A stretch of DNA of 64,000 nt. It comes from an uncultured virus (IMG/VR IMGVR_UViG_3300008107_000416) (Duplodnaviria; Heunggongvirae; Uroviricota; Caudoviricetes). This document shows positions 29,125 through 36,738 of this stretch, piece by piece; the first letter of the stretch is position 1; each line of letters starts with the position of its first letter. Under the pieces are notes generated by a model. It was not told the origin of the DNA. It saw only the letters and a list, made by a program, of their open reading frames with translations, and searched no databases. The stretch lies in the IMG/VR virus record IMGVR_UViG_3300008107_000416; one strand, 5' to 3'. A program made the position numbers and the translations under genes.

Positions 29125-29774
29125 TGGGATACTTCAGAGAACTACCAGATCTAGCATATCAGTCATTTCTACCTAATAAAAATTCTTCGCAAGATTATGT
29201 CATTGCGAAGAATCTTTTCCGCAGAGTCAAACTTCGTGATGACTTATATAATGTCTTTACCATCTTCAACAAGTATGAGATTATGGATGGTGCTCGTCCA
29301 GACACTGTTGCCGACGAGATCTATGGTAGTCCAGAACTAGATTGGGTTGTTCTAGTCACTGCCAATATTATCAATGTAAGAGACCAATGGCCATTATCAG
29401 ACTATCAACTTTATAATTATGCCGAGAACAAATATGGTTCTGATCTAACAAAGATTAGATTTTATGAGACCACGAAAGTTGTAGACTCTTCTAATCGTTT
29501 GGTTCTTCCTGCTGGTAAAGTTGTTGATAAAAACTTTACGATTCCAAATCCATCAGATCCAACGGCAACTTTAAATCCTGTAACTGGTATTACAAATTAT
29601 GAGTATGAAACCAGAAAGAATGATGAAAAAAGGTCCATCTATCTTCTCAAACCAGCGTATCTACAACAGTTTCTGAATGATATGAGAAGAGAAATGATCT
29701 ATTCTGAATCTTCAGAATATATTGATGACTATCTAATCGCAACCGAAAACACAAATATTACATTACCACAGTAA
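29124..29774 (+). CDS. gp53: baseplate wedge subunit gp53
   Basis: YFRELPD, RPDTVADEIYG..DWVVL..NII..QWP. Confidence 0.9.
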   Translation: MGYFRELPDLAYQSFLPNKNSSQDYVIAKNLFRRVKLRDDLYNVFTIFNKYEIMDGARPDTVADEIYGSPELDWVVLVTANIINVRDQWPLSDYQLYNYAENKYGSDLTKIRFYETTKVVDSSNRLVLPAGKVVDKNFTIPNPSDPTATLNPVTGITNYEYETRKNDEKRSIYLLKPAYLQQFLNDMRREMIYSESSEYIDDYLIATENTNITLPQ

Positions 29775-30138
29775 CTCTAAATTCTTATCAAAAACCATTA
29801 CATATCGGTGCTTGCGGGAGCGATCTTTCCATTCTCCTTCAGCACCTTTAATTTTGCCTCTAGAGTGTTTAGTTCCGTCTGCATAGTAGAAATCTTTCTT
29901 TGGGTCTGAAAGTCCGCAATACTTAAAGTTACAAGCGCGATAGATTGTGCCAGAATGGAAATCACTATCAGCGTAAGAGATGATTGCTTTAACTTCAGTA
30001 TCCTTCCGTAACTGTCTAATCGCTCTTGAAACAAACCAAGAAGTGATATTATATTCTGCTCGTTGGGTTTCAGGGTGTACGCAAAGGCGTGAAAGTTCCG
30101 GATTTATTTACACGGTCTATTGTGTAATCAGACTTCAC
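29763..30138 (-). pseudogene. Mom-family adenine-modification (GNAT) gene with internal deletion and frameshift
   Basis: 13 codons VKSDYTIDRVNKS, one extra G, then ELSRLC...NITSWFVSRAI...IISYADSDFHSGTIYRACNFKYCG...RKHRYV to the stop at 29763. Confidence 0.75.
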
Positions 30139-31064
30139 TCGTCGGCAAGGCGTGCGAAGTAAGACAGAGCATCATCATCGTCATCCTCCACAGGTGCCGC
30201 AGCACGACGAGTAGGTTGAAGATTGTTGAGTTCGCTACGAAGATCCTCATCAAGATCCTTCGCAGGACCACGAGAATACTCTTCCTCATCAGCAACATCA
30301 GGGTCTTGATAACGAGGAGTGCCTTTGTTACCCAGAACATACTCAAGACGCTTCTTCAGTTCGTCATAGGTCTTGAACTGGTCAGCAGCAACGAGTTCGG
30401 CAAGAGAGAACTGCTTCTTCCACACTGCTTCCATTGCGTCATCGTCGTCCAGAAGGGGTTCAGGACGGGCAAACTCACTGGAATCATAGTTACGATAACC
30501 AGCAACATTCTTTGCCTTCAGTTTGAAGTTGGCACCCTGCCAGAAGTCAAACGGATCAATTGCTTCCTCATCTTCAAACTCGGGTTGCATCGCAGCAGTG
30601 AGTTTGTCAAAGATCTTCTTACCAAACTTAAACAGGAAGACTTTACCTTCGTTGGCAGGATTAGCAGGATCCTTGACCACATAGATGTTGGCAACATAGG
30701 TCAGTTTACGCTTCTGCTTTCGTGCCAGTTCTTTACCAGCATCGGTGCCATTGTTCCACAGTTCAGAGTTCAGTTCGGACACAGGATCCTTCTGACCCAG
30801 AGTGGTGAGACTGTTCTCAATATACCAACCACCAGGACCTTGGAATGCGTGACTGTAGAGTTTCACGAACGGAAGATCCTCACCGTTCGGAGCAGGCAGG
30901 AAACGGATCACGGCATAACCATTGCCACTCTTATCACACTCCAGTTTCCAGAGACGGTCATCGCTGCTAGAACCGCCATTGTTATTCATTTTTTCTACTT
31001 CCTTGACCAGTTTAGCGGTCAGGTTGCCCAGTTTGGATTGCTTTTTAAGGTCTGCGAAAGACAT
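30135..31064 (-). CDS. gp32: single-stranded DNA-binding protein gp32
   Basis: GNGYAVIRFLPAP, WYIENSLTTLG, FDFWQGANFKLK, acidic tail. Confidence 0.95.
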   Translation of the reverse strand: MSFADLKKQSKLGNLTAKLVKEVEKMNNNGGSSSDDRLWKLECDKSGNGYAVIRFLPAPNGEDLPFVKLYSHAFQGPGGWYIENSLTTLGQKDPVSELNSELWNNGTDAGKELARKQKRKLTYVANIYVVKDPANPANEGKVFLFKFGKKIFDKLTAAMQPEFEDEEAIDPFDFWQGANFKLKAKNVAGYRNYDSSEFARPEPLLDDDDAMEAVWKKQFSLAELVAADQFKTYDELKKRLEYVLGNKGTPRYQDPDVADEEEYSRGPAKDLDEDLRSELNNLQPTRRAAAPVEDDDDDALSYFARLADE

Positions 31065-31107
31065 TTGGATTACCTCGGATTAATTGGATTCGGGGGATTA
31101 CTCGGAT

Positions 31108-31136
31108 AGTATAACAGGGATTCTCTCAACCGTCAA
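31108..31136 (-). promoter_or_regulatory. sigma70-type promoter for gp32
   Basis: TTGACG-N17-TATACT. Confidence 0.7.
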
Positions 31137-31458
31137 TGTATTGCTTGAGAGATTCAATGGTCTGGTTCATACTATTGAATAAAACTTGCATATCGGTTTC
31201 TGGTGGGAAACCCATCAGTGCCACCGACTTGCGTAGGTTCTCTTTCATTTCAACCGCTTGTGGGTCGTCTGAAAGGGACAACCTAGTATACATCACTCTT
31301 TGCTTTTCTAGCAAGGTTTGAAGTTTTTCAACATGACTCAACTTGGTCTCACGGTCCATCACACCAAAAGTCAGGATACTTCCATAAATTTCTTCTTGAA
31401 GACGATTGATTTCTTCAAGTTCTTCCTGGATAATATCAGATTTAAAAAACTCACTCAT
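31126..31458 (-). CDS. DUF1825-like protein
   Basis: FFKSDIIQEEL...RLSLSDDPQA. Confidence 0.7.
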   Translation of the reverse strand: MSEFFKSDIIQEELEEINRLQEEIYGSILTFGVMDRETKLSHVEKLQTLLEKQRVMYTRLSLSDDPQAVEMKENLRKSVALMGFPPETDMQVLFNSMNQTIESLKQYIDG

Positions 31459-32050
31459 TGATTATAGACCGTAAGATCTTTCGGTAGTTGAATACATCAA
31501 TATTTATTAAAAATGGGGAATATTTCTTAATCTTTAAACTTACGGTCTCCCACACTGGGTCCAAAAGTTGCTTATCAAACTTATTCCCGAACAGGAATAT
31601 CTTATCATAGATCACTAGGGTTTCTAGGCAAATTTTCCCGCCCAGGAACTTTTTAAGGACGGGTGGATGACCTTTGGAACAGTTCAAGGCATCGTCTAAT
31701 TTGATTTCCGAGAACAATTCGTTGCTTTGTTCTTTGAACAAGTAAGTCAAACTCTGTTGGCGCTTCATCCACTCTGAATAGTTTCTTTCGCCAGAATTGA
31801 TAATTTCTCCAATCCATAAGTTTTGTGGGTTATCTACGGATACAAAATTTGATACTAAAAAGTCTACGACTTCTTTGTCATTATACTTACGACTTGTCTT
31901 CTCAAACCAGTATTTGTCCTTGCGTTTATTAAAGGATGTCATACTAGCACGAGTCTTCGCACCGTACTTAAAGAAATCGTATTTTGGGTTTGTGAAATGA
32001 TTTTTGAGTGAGAGATAATGTTGATAAGTTTCAAAGGGGCTCACAGTCAC
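31451..32050 (-). CDS. gp59: helicase loader gp59
   Basis: YLSLKNHFT..YDFFKY..FNKRKDKYWFEK; synteny gp33-gp59-gp32. Confidence 0.85.
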   Translation of the reverse strand: MTVSPFETYQHYLSLKNHFTNPKYDFFKYGAKTRASMTSFNKRKDKYWFEKTSRKYNDKEVVDFLVSNFVSVDNPQNLWIGEIINSGERNYSEWMKRQQSLTYLFKEQSNELFSEIKLDDALNCSKGHPPVLKKFLGGKICLETLVIYDKIFLFGNKFDKQLLDPVWETVSLKIKKYSPFLINIDVFNYRKILRSIINE

Positions 32051-32307
32051 AATGGCAATTTTGCTTTTGAAGTTCGCTTCATAAAGTTAAGACGAGTTGC
32101 GTCCCACTTCAGTCTCTCTTTCAAAGGTTTTGAAATGAGTTTCGTGACTGATTCTACTTCAAGACTATTGATTTCGCAATAGTGACAAATAGCATCAATA
32201 TAGTTGAAGTTTTCTTCGGCAACAATCTTTTCAATTTCCAAAGCAAACTTGGAAGGTGTTAAAAACTTGCTTTCTATTGCCTGTTCTAATTCCTTATTTG
32301 GTTCCAT
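32047..32307 (-). CDS. gp33: late transcription coactivator gp33
   Basis: FALEIEKIV..NYIDAI..YCE..KLISKPLKERL. Confidence 0.85.
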   Translation of the reverse strand: MEPNKELEQAIESKFLTPSKFALEIEKIVAEENFNYIDAICHYCEINSLEVESVTKLISKPLKERLKWDATRLNFMKRTSKAKLPL

Positions 32308-32974
32308 AGAGTTCCAGTTTATCTCCAACAAACTTTCTAATGTATTTGCCGAGTAGTTTGATGTACTTTGATTTGTCTCGTTCTTCATAGACGACGCATT
32401 CTCCATTTTCACAAGCCATAATGATTACAAGTTTTTTGACTGAAATACCAGTCAGTTCGTACAACATACAACCGTATGCCATACATTGAACAAAATAGTG
32501 TTCAATCCACTCGCGTGGTTTTGGTTTTTTAGAAGTCTTAAAGTCTATTATTGCTAACTCGCCGTCATATTCAGCGATACAGTCAACTGTCCCAGCAATA
32601 CCTAGTTGCTTACTATATAGGGACCCTTCAAGGGCGTAAATATTATTTATGCGATTAAGTTCTGTTTTTGCGATTTTAAAGAGAAAGTCAGATAGTGGTT
32701 GAACTTTTGGTAGATCCTCATTTTTAAGATGATGTTCTACCAATGTGTGCATATCGGTTCCACGACTGGTTGCCGCTTTTGTAACACGATCTGCCTCTTC
32801 CTCACCAACTTTCTTACGCCAATTAATAAAGATCTCTTTATTAAAGTGACTGGTAATAGAAGTAATGGAGACCAACTTCAATAGTTGGTCTTCATCTGGA
32901 ACTTTATAATAACGAACACCATCTATAGTCTCCCTCTCTAGTTGAGGGAGTTCAATATCAACATGATTAAACAT
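32294..32974 (-). CDS. PD-(D/E)xK exonuclease
   Basis: RGTDMH, AGTVDCIAEY..IIDFKTS. Confidence 0.85.
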   Translation of the reverse strand: MFNHVDIELPQLERETIDGVRYYKVPDEDQLLKLVSITSITSHFNKEIFINWRKKVGEEEADRVTKAATSRGTDMHTLVEHHLKNEDLPKVQPLSDFLFKIAKTELNRINNIYALEGSLYSKQLGIAGTVDCIAEYDGELAIIDFKTSKKPKPREWIEHYFVQCMAYGCMLYELTGISVKKLVIIMACENGECVVYEERDKSKYIKLLGKYIRKFVGDKLELYGTK

Positions 32975-33732
32975 TAAAAACCTGCTTCCATTTTTGCGAT
33001 AATGTATTCTTTACAGAGACCAGAGCGAACAATATCTTCTACACCAAATTCAATTATATCAAAAGACGGCATTTTACGCAAGACTGTCATAAAGTCTACA
33101 ATACCATTACGCTCATTTGTCTTCTGTAAATCTGACTGTGAGGCATCACCACAGAAACAAATTCGTGTATTCTCACCCACACGAGTGATAATAGAATCTA
33201 ATTCGTGGAAGTTTAGGTTCTGAAACTCATCTACAATAATGATTGAGTTATCAAGAGTCGTTCCACGAAGGAAAGAAGTGCTCCAGAACTTAATGGTCTC
33301 TTGTGACTTGAGATTTCCGTAGAGCATCTCAAAGTCGGCATCAGAAGGCATCTGGAACATATACTTCACCATATTCTTATAAGGAATCTGGTAAATATCT
33401 GCCTTATCATCATGAGTTCCAGGAAGGAACCCAATTTCACGAGTTGCTACAAGAGAACGAACAAGATAGATTCTTTCATAAGGAGTATATTCGTTCAGAA
33501 CATCTTGAAGAGCATTGTAGAGTGTAATAAATGTCTTACCTGTTCCAGCACAACCATAGGCAACAATGTGCTTATCTTCCTTATATGAATCAAATAAACG
33601 CTTTTGGTTTTCTGTGAGAGGATCAATATCAACCAGATAATCGGAACTCAAAGGTTTTTTTCTTTTCATCTGTTTTGCCGTGAGTCCAACCCCGATAGGT
33701 TGCTCTGCAGATGATCTTTTTCTTCTTGCCAT
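32974..33732 (-). CDS. phoH: PhoH-family ATPase
   Basis: GCAGTGKT, IGFLPG, FLRGTT, DEFQN, GDASQSD. Confidence 0.95.
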   Translation of the reverse strand: MARRKRSSAEQPIGVGLTAKQMKRKKPLSSDYLVDIDPLTENQKRLFDSYKEDKHIVAYGCAGTGKTFITLYNALQDVLNEYTPYERIYLVRSLVATREIGFLPGTHDDKADIYQIPYKNMVKYMFQMPSDADFEMLYGNLKSQETIKFWSTSFLRGTTLDNSIIIVDEFQNLNFHELDSIITRVGENTRICFCGDASQSDLQKTNERNGIVDFMTVLRKMPSFDIIEFGVEDIVRSGLCKEYIIAKMEAGF

Positions 33733-33983
33733 TAGATTTTCTTTACGCGAGAACCAGGTGCTTTGGATGCCTTATGAAGAACATCGTTCCATCCAGGATT
33801 ACGATTGACGAGCTTATCTTTCCACTCCCCCACCTCACCAGGAGAAGGGCAAGTAGAAGGATCCGACCAATCACGAATCCATTCAGGATTATCAGACTTC
33901 CACTGATCCCAGTCGTGGATGCTCATTTCCACTTCTTTCTGTTCACCAGTGGTTTGATTAATAACAGGATATACAGGACACAT
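33732..33983 (-). CDS. conserved hypothetical protein (FmdB-like, upstream of phoH)
   Basis: PVYPVIN..TGE...PGWNDVL. Confidence 0.65.
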   Translation of the reverse strand: MCPVYPVINQTTGEQKEVEMSIHDWDQWKSDNPEWIRDWSDPSTCPSPGEVGEWKDKLVNRNPGWNDVLHKASKAPGSRVKKI

Positions 33984-34008
33984 AAGTTACGAAATCAAGA
34001 TAATTTAT

Positions 34009-34644
34009 TTAGACCCACTCAAGGGCTTCTGCCACTGTCGGGAATTGTTCGGAAAATACCTTCTTACACTCTAGAGCAATATCCATGTGCTCTTGTTGAG
34101 TTCCATTAGCAGACCTCAAAGTAATGTAGTGAATCCAACTGCGACAAGATCCACTCATATAAATGCGTGTAGGAGTCGCCAGAGGCAGTACAAAGCGAGC
34201 ACACTCCTTTGCCACACCGTGACCCAGAAGTTCCTTGTAGAGTCGCATACCCTCCGCAAAATGCTCTTGAATCTTGCTTTGGAGTGTCAGTTTTTCATAC
34301 TGCCCAATGTCATCAATAGAGTTTTGACGATTCTTGGTATCCTGACGACGAAGATCAGGAACTGGAATGTATTCAGAAATCAGTGAAGTATCGGCATAAC
34401 GCTGTGAAAACTCTTGATAGGTAAAAGAGCGATGACGAAGAATCTGTGCGGCAATGCCACGATTCGTTTCAATCTCAAGAGTCATAAAAGACTGCTCAAA
34501 AACAGACCAATGATTATGCTTAATACAATAAGCAAGCAACTTGGCATAGTTTTCGTTGTCTTGATTCGCAGGATTACTAACTCTCGCAACATACGCCATT
34601 GTTTGTTCTGCATCGGGAGTTACACTAATCAGTTTTACGCTCAT
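34009..34644 (-). CDS. thyX: FAD-dependent thymidylate synthase
   Basis: HWSVFE, QILRHRSFTYQEFSQRY, ECARFVLP. Confidence 0.95.
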   Translation of the reverse strand: MSVKLISVTPDAEQTMAYVARVSNPANQDNENYAKLLAYCIKHNHWSVFEQSFMTLEIETNRGIAAQILRHRSFTYQEFSQRYADTSLISEYIPVPDLRRQDTKNRQNSIDDIGQYEKLTLQSKIQEHFAEGMRLYKELLGHGVAKECARFVLPLATPTRIYMSGSCRSWIHYITLRSANGTQQEHMDIALECKKVFSEQFPTVAEALEWV

Positions 34645-34808
34645 TTCTTTCCAAATCCTTTTGATGTTTTTGCCTCCAATTCAGAGAGTTGCTCTTTCAA
34701 CTCTTTAAGTTGGGATTTCATTTCTCTGATTTTTTCATCAGTATAAAGATGATCTTGCTTGACAAGTCGTTCAAGCAATTTAATCAGTTTTTTTGCTCTA
34801 CTAGTCAT
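34641..34808 (-). CDS. hypothetical protein (55 aa)
   Basis: hand translation MTSRAKKLIKLLERLVKQDHLY...KGFGKK; coupled to thyX. Confidence 0.65.
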   Translation of the reverse strand: MTSRAKKLIKLLERLVKQDHLYTDEKIREMKSQLKELKEQLSELEAKTSKGFGKK

Positions 34809-34978
34809 TAATCTGCGTACCCATCATCATCGTCATAAAGTTCATCATAATCTATAAATCTTTCTGTTGTTTTTTCTGGTGCCTGATAAGCAGAGACATC
34901 AGAATAAACTTCTGCCTTCAGAGAGTCAACCAACAGTTCAAGATTACGGACGATGAGTTTAAGTTTTTCTTTGTCCAT
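34808..34978 (-). CDS. hypothetical protein (56 aa)
   Basis: hand translation MDKEKLKLIVRNLELLVDSLKAEVYSD...DDDDGYAD. Confidence 0.7.
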   Translation of the reverse strand: MDKEKLKLIVRNLELLVDSLKAEVYSDVSAYQAPEKTTERFIDYDELYDDDDGYAD

Positions 34979-35009
34979 AAGATACGGTTCTCTCTGATTA
35001 TTTTAACAT

Positions 35010-35035
35010 AAAAAAAGGAGGGGATCAACCCCTCC
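35010..35035 (-). terminator. intrinsic terminator
   Basis: GGAGGGG-TTGAT-CCCCTCC followed by T7. Confidence 0.85.
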
Positions 35036-35043
35036 AATGAACA

Positions 35044-35220
35044 TTACATTTTACTCAACATCTCCCGGCATATTCTTTTACAGGTTTGCTGATTTTCGTC
35101 ACACTCAATCAAACAATTGAAATAGTCATTCATTAACTCGTTCTGTTCTGTAAATTTATCAATTGTCTTCTCAAGTTTGCCCCAACCCGCAAGTTGATTG
35201 TAAGAAATTAAGTTGTGCAT
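35044..35220 (-). CDS. small Cys-containing cyanobacterial-type protein
   Basis: MHNLISYNQL...DYFNCLIECDENQQTCKRICRE; GGAGG RBS. Confidence 0.7.
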   Translation of the reverse strand: MHNLISYNQLAGWGKLEKTIDKFTEQNELMNDYFNCLIECDENQQTCKRICREMLSKM

Positions 35221-35367
35221 AATGACCTCCACGCACAAAGAATATCATAACAAAGGAGTTTTCGTTCATTTGTATCACCACACATATTCTACTACTATCT
35301 ATGTGTTTTGTGTGGATTTTCTGATATTCCGCAACAAAAATTTATGCCTACGAGTTTATACCTACAC

Positions 35368-35395
35368 AAAAAAAGAGGGAGAGTCAATCTCCCTC
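35368..35395 (-). terminator. intrinsic terminator closing the micro-ORF operon
   Basis: GAGGGAGA-TTGAC-TCTCCCTC followed by T7. Confidence 0.85.
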
Positions 35396-35539
35396 AAACT
35401 TAAACATTTTTTCAAACCACTCATCCAAATGAACGATATAACAAGACCAATAATTACAACCTCTATATGTTAGTTGATAACAAGCAGGAGGTCGGTTGTC
35501 CTTGTCCATATCATCATAATGGTATGTGTAGTTTTCCAT
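35384..35539 (-). CDS. 51-aa protein with an LTYRG motif
   Basis: MENYTYHYDDMDKDNRPPACYQLTYRGCNYWSCYIVHLDEWFEKMFKFEGD; TAATG-coupled. Confidence 0.6.
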   Translation of the reverse strand: MENYTYHYDDMDKDNRPPACYQLTYRGCNYWSCYIVHLDEWFEKMFKFEGD

Positions 35540-35625
35540 TATTTGTCCAACCACTGAACATACATTGATAAAAATACGGTTGTTAAGGCAATTGCGGCAG
35601 TGGATGAGACTATGAACTGTGCCAT
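35539..35625 (-). CDS. 28-aa hydrophobic microprotein
   Basis: MAQFIVSSTAAIALTTVFLSMYVQWLDK; AGGAG RBS, TAATG-coupled at both ends. Confidence 0.55.
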   Translation of the reverse strand: MAQFIVSSTAAIALTTVFLSMYVQWLDK

Positions 35626-35723
35626 TACTTTGCTCCTACTAATTGTGCTAGTTGGGCTTGATGACGACGCTGTTCTTTTTGTTTTTGTTCTTTAATGAGT
35701 TGTAGGAAGTTAAGTTTTTTCAC
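35625..35723 (-). CDS. 32-aa basic microprotein
   Basis: MKKLNFLQLIKEQKQKEQRRHQAQLAQLVGAK; GTGA overlap, AGGAGG RBS. Confidence 0.6.
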   Translation of the reverse strand: MKKLNFLQLIKEQKQKEQRRHQAQLAQLVGAK

Positions 35724-35857
35724 TTGTGCCCCTCCTTTACAAAACGAACACCACGATAGGTCTCGTTGTATTGTTGGGGTTCTTGTTGCTGTTGTGCCTG
35801 TTGTTGCTTACGAACTTCTGTGTCGTATGCTTGGCCACGATAAACGACTTTAGACAT
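35720..35857 (-). CDS. DUF4278-family protein (45 aa)
   Basis: MSKVVYRGQAYDT...NETYRGVRF, two YRG motifs; AAGGAG RBS. Confidence 0.8.
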   Translation of the reverse strand: MSKVVYRGQAYDTEVRKQQQAQQQQEPQQYNETYRGVRFVKEGHK

Positions 35858-35887
35858 TAGGGTTCTCCTTAAGTGTTAAGTTAAAGA

Positions 35888-36060
35888 GCGTTCCTTCAGT
35901 CGGCTTTTGCGTCTATGAAACAACTTTTCTTTGTTAACTGTTTGATTTCACATACAAGATCATTTTTTTGATAATCTGTAACAAAATTACTAGCATTAAC
36001 TCTGCTAATGAGAAGTTGTGCTTGTAAACAGGTTAAGAATAATTGTTCCATAAATGAACG
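35888..36060 (-). ncRNA. glutamine-riboswitch-like aptamer 2 with an ORF in P2
   Basis: CGTTC-ATTTATG...CATAGAC-GCAAAAGCCGACT-GAAG-GAACGC. Confidence 0.7.
35896..36051 (-). CDS. 51-aa protein encoded inside aptamer 2
   Basis: MEQLFLTCLQAQLLISRVNASNFVTDYQKNDLVCEIKQLTKKSCFIDAKAD. Confidence 0.65.
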   Translation of the reverse strand: MEQLFLTCLQAQLLISRVNASNFVTDYQKNDLVCEIKQLTKKSCFIDAKAD

Positions 36061-36064
36061 AATC

Positions 36065-36311
36065 CGTTCCGAGTCGGCTTACTTCCGTCCTATTCAGTTT
36101 TTAGCACCTTTGAATCACATCCTTTCGGAGTTCTAAAAGCAATCGGTCTTCTACTCTTTGGTGGACTACATCGTCGTTTTTAACGATGTCCATTAGTTCC
36201 CACGCGGCGTCACAACTTATAGTCACAGGATATGATTTGAGTTGTGGCGTTGAAACAGAAAGAAGTGGAACCCATGCTAAAAGCAAAAGTGCTTTAGTCA
36301 TAGGATGAACG
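36065..36311 (-). ncRNA. glutamine-riboswitch-like aptamer 1 with an ORF in P2
   Basis: CGTTC-ATCCTAT...ATAGGAC-GGAAGTAAGCCGACT-CG-GAACG. Confidence 0.7.
36101..36301 (-). CDS. 66-aa protein encoded inside aptamer 1
   Basis: signal-like N-terminus, then a C..A..L...V...L..E...C pattern shared with 35896..36051. Confidence 0.65.
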   Translation of the reverse strand: MTKALLLLAWVPLLSVSTPQLKSYPVTISCDAAWELMDIVKNDDVVHQRVEDRLLLELRKDVIQRC

Positions 36312-36321
36312 TTAGGAGGTT

Positions 36322-36351
36322 ATTATACTCCTATTCATCCTATATAGGCAA
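36322..36351 (-). promoter_or_regulatory. putative sigma70-type promoter of the riboswitch operon
   Basis: TTGCCT-N18-TATAAT, ending about 10 nt before P1. Confidence 0.5.
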
Positions 36352-36367
36352 CCTTTGTGTGAAAACT

Positions 36368-36381
36368 GTAACAATAAATAC
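36368..36381. promoter_or_regulatory. putative NtcA binding site
   Basis: GTA-ACAATAAA-TAC matches GTA-N8-TAC. Confidence 0.55.
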
Positions 36382-36403
36382 GAAACTGTATCTATATTAT
36401 ACT

Positions 36404-36436
36404 AAAAAGCGTGAAGATTTGTGAAAACCCTCACGC
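36404..36436 (-). terminator. putative intrinsic terminator
   Basis: GCGTGAGG...CTTCACGC followed by T5. Confidence 0.55.
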
Positions 36437-36476
36437 GAGAAAAATTTGCCGGGAAAATTTCCGCCGATATGGGGAA

Positions 36477-36737
36477 TCACTTTCGCTTTTTGGTTTTGGG
36501 TGTTTGATATCCCCATGACTTTGGATTGACTGTGCCTTCTGTCCAACCCATGCTTCTTACATCACGATACTTGTCCCAATAGTGATCAAAGATGTCAGAA
36601 CGAAGACCTTGTACTATATCAAACTTCTCACCTTCACTGTCACCATAACTGATTAGATAAGAATCTCGTGGGAGACTCTTATCTTCGGCAAAGGATGGGT
36701 CACAGTTTGTATGAATAATGTTGATGCCCTTTCCCAT
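36477..36737 (-). CDS. conserved hypothetical protein
   Basis: IHTNCDP...DIFDHYWDKY...NPKSWG. Confidence 0.7.
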   Translation of the reverse strand: MGKGINIIHTNCDPSFAEDKSLPRDSYLISYGDSEGEKFDIVQGLRSDIFDHYWDKYRDVRSMGWTEGTVNPKSWGYQTPKTKKRK

Positions 36738-36738
36738 A

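Noticed and set aside
29798..30034. 78-aa minus-strand ORF from the track
   Set aside because: Wrong frame; the overlapping start-less frame carries the Mom-family motifs.
30120..31109. 329-aa plus-strand ORF
   Set aside because: Antisense shadow of gp32.
32294..32974. Cas4 / CRISPR adaptation gene
   Set aside because: Standard T4-like PD-(D/E)xK exonuclease next to phoH; lacks the four-Cys cluster and any array.
35044..35220. CP12 assignment
   Set aside because: Cys-containing, but lacks the AWD.VEEL and C-terminal C...P...EC..YD motifs.
36388..36402. Second NtcA box
   Set aside because: Spacing is GTA-N9-TAC, not N8.
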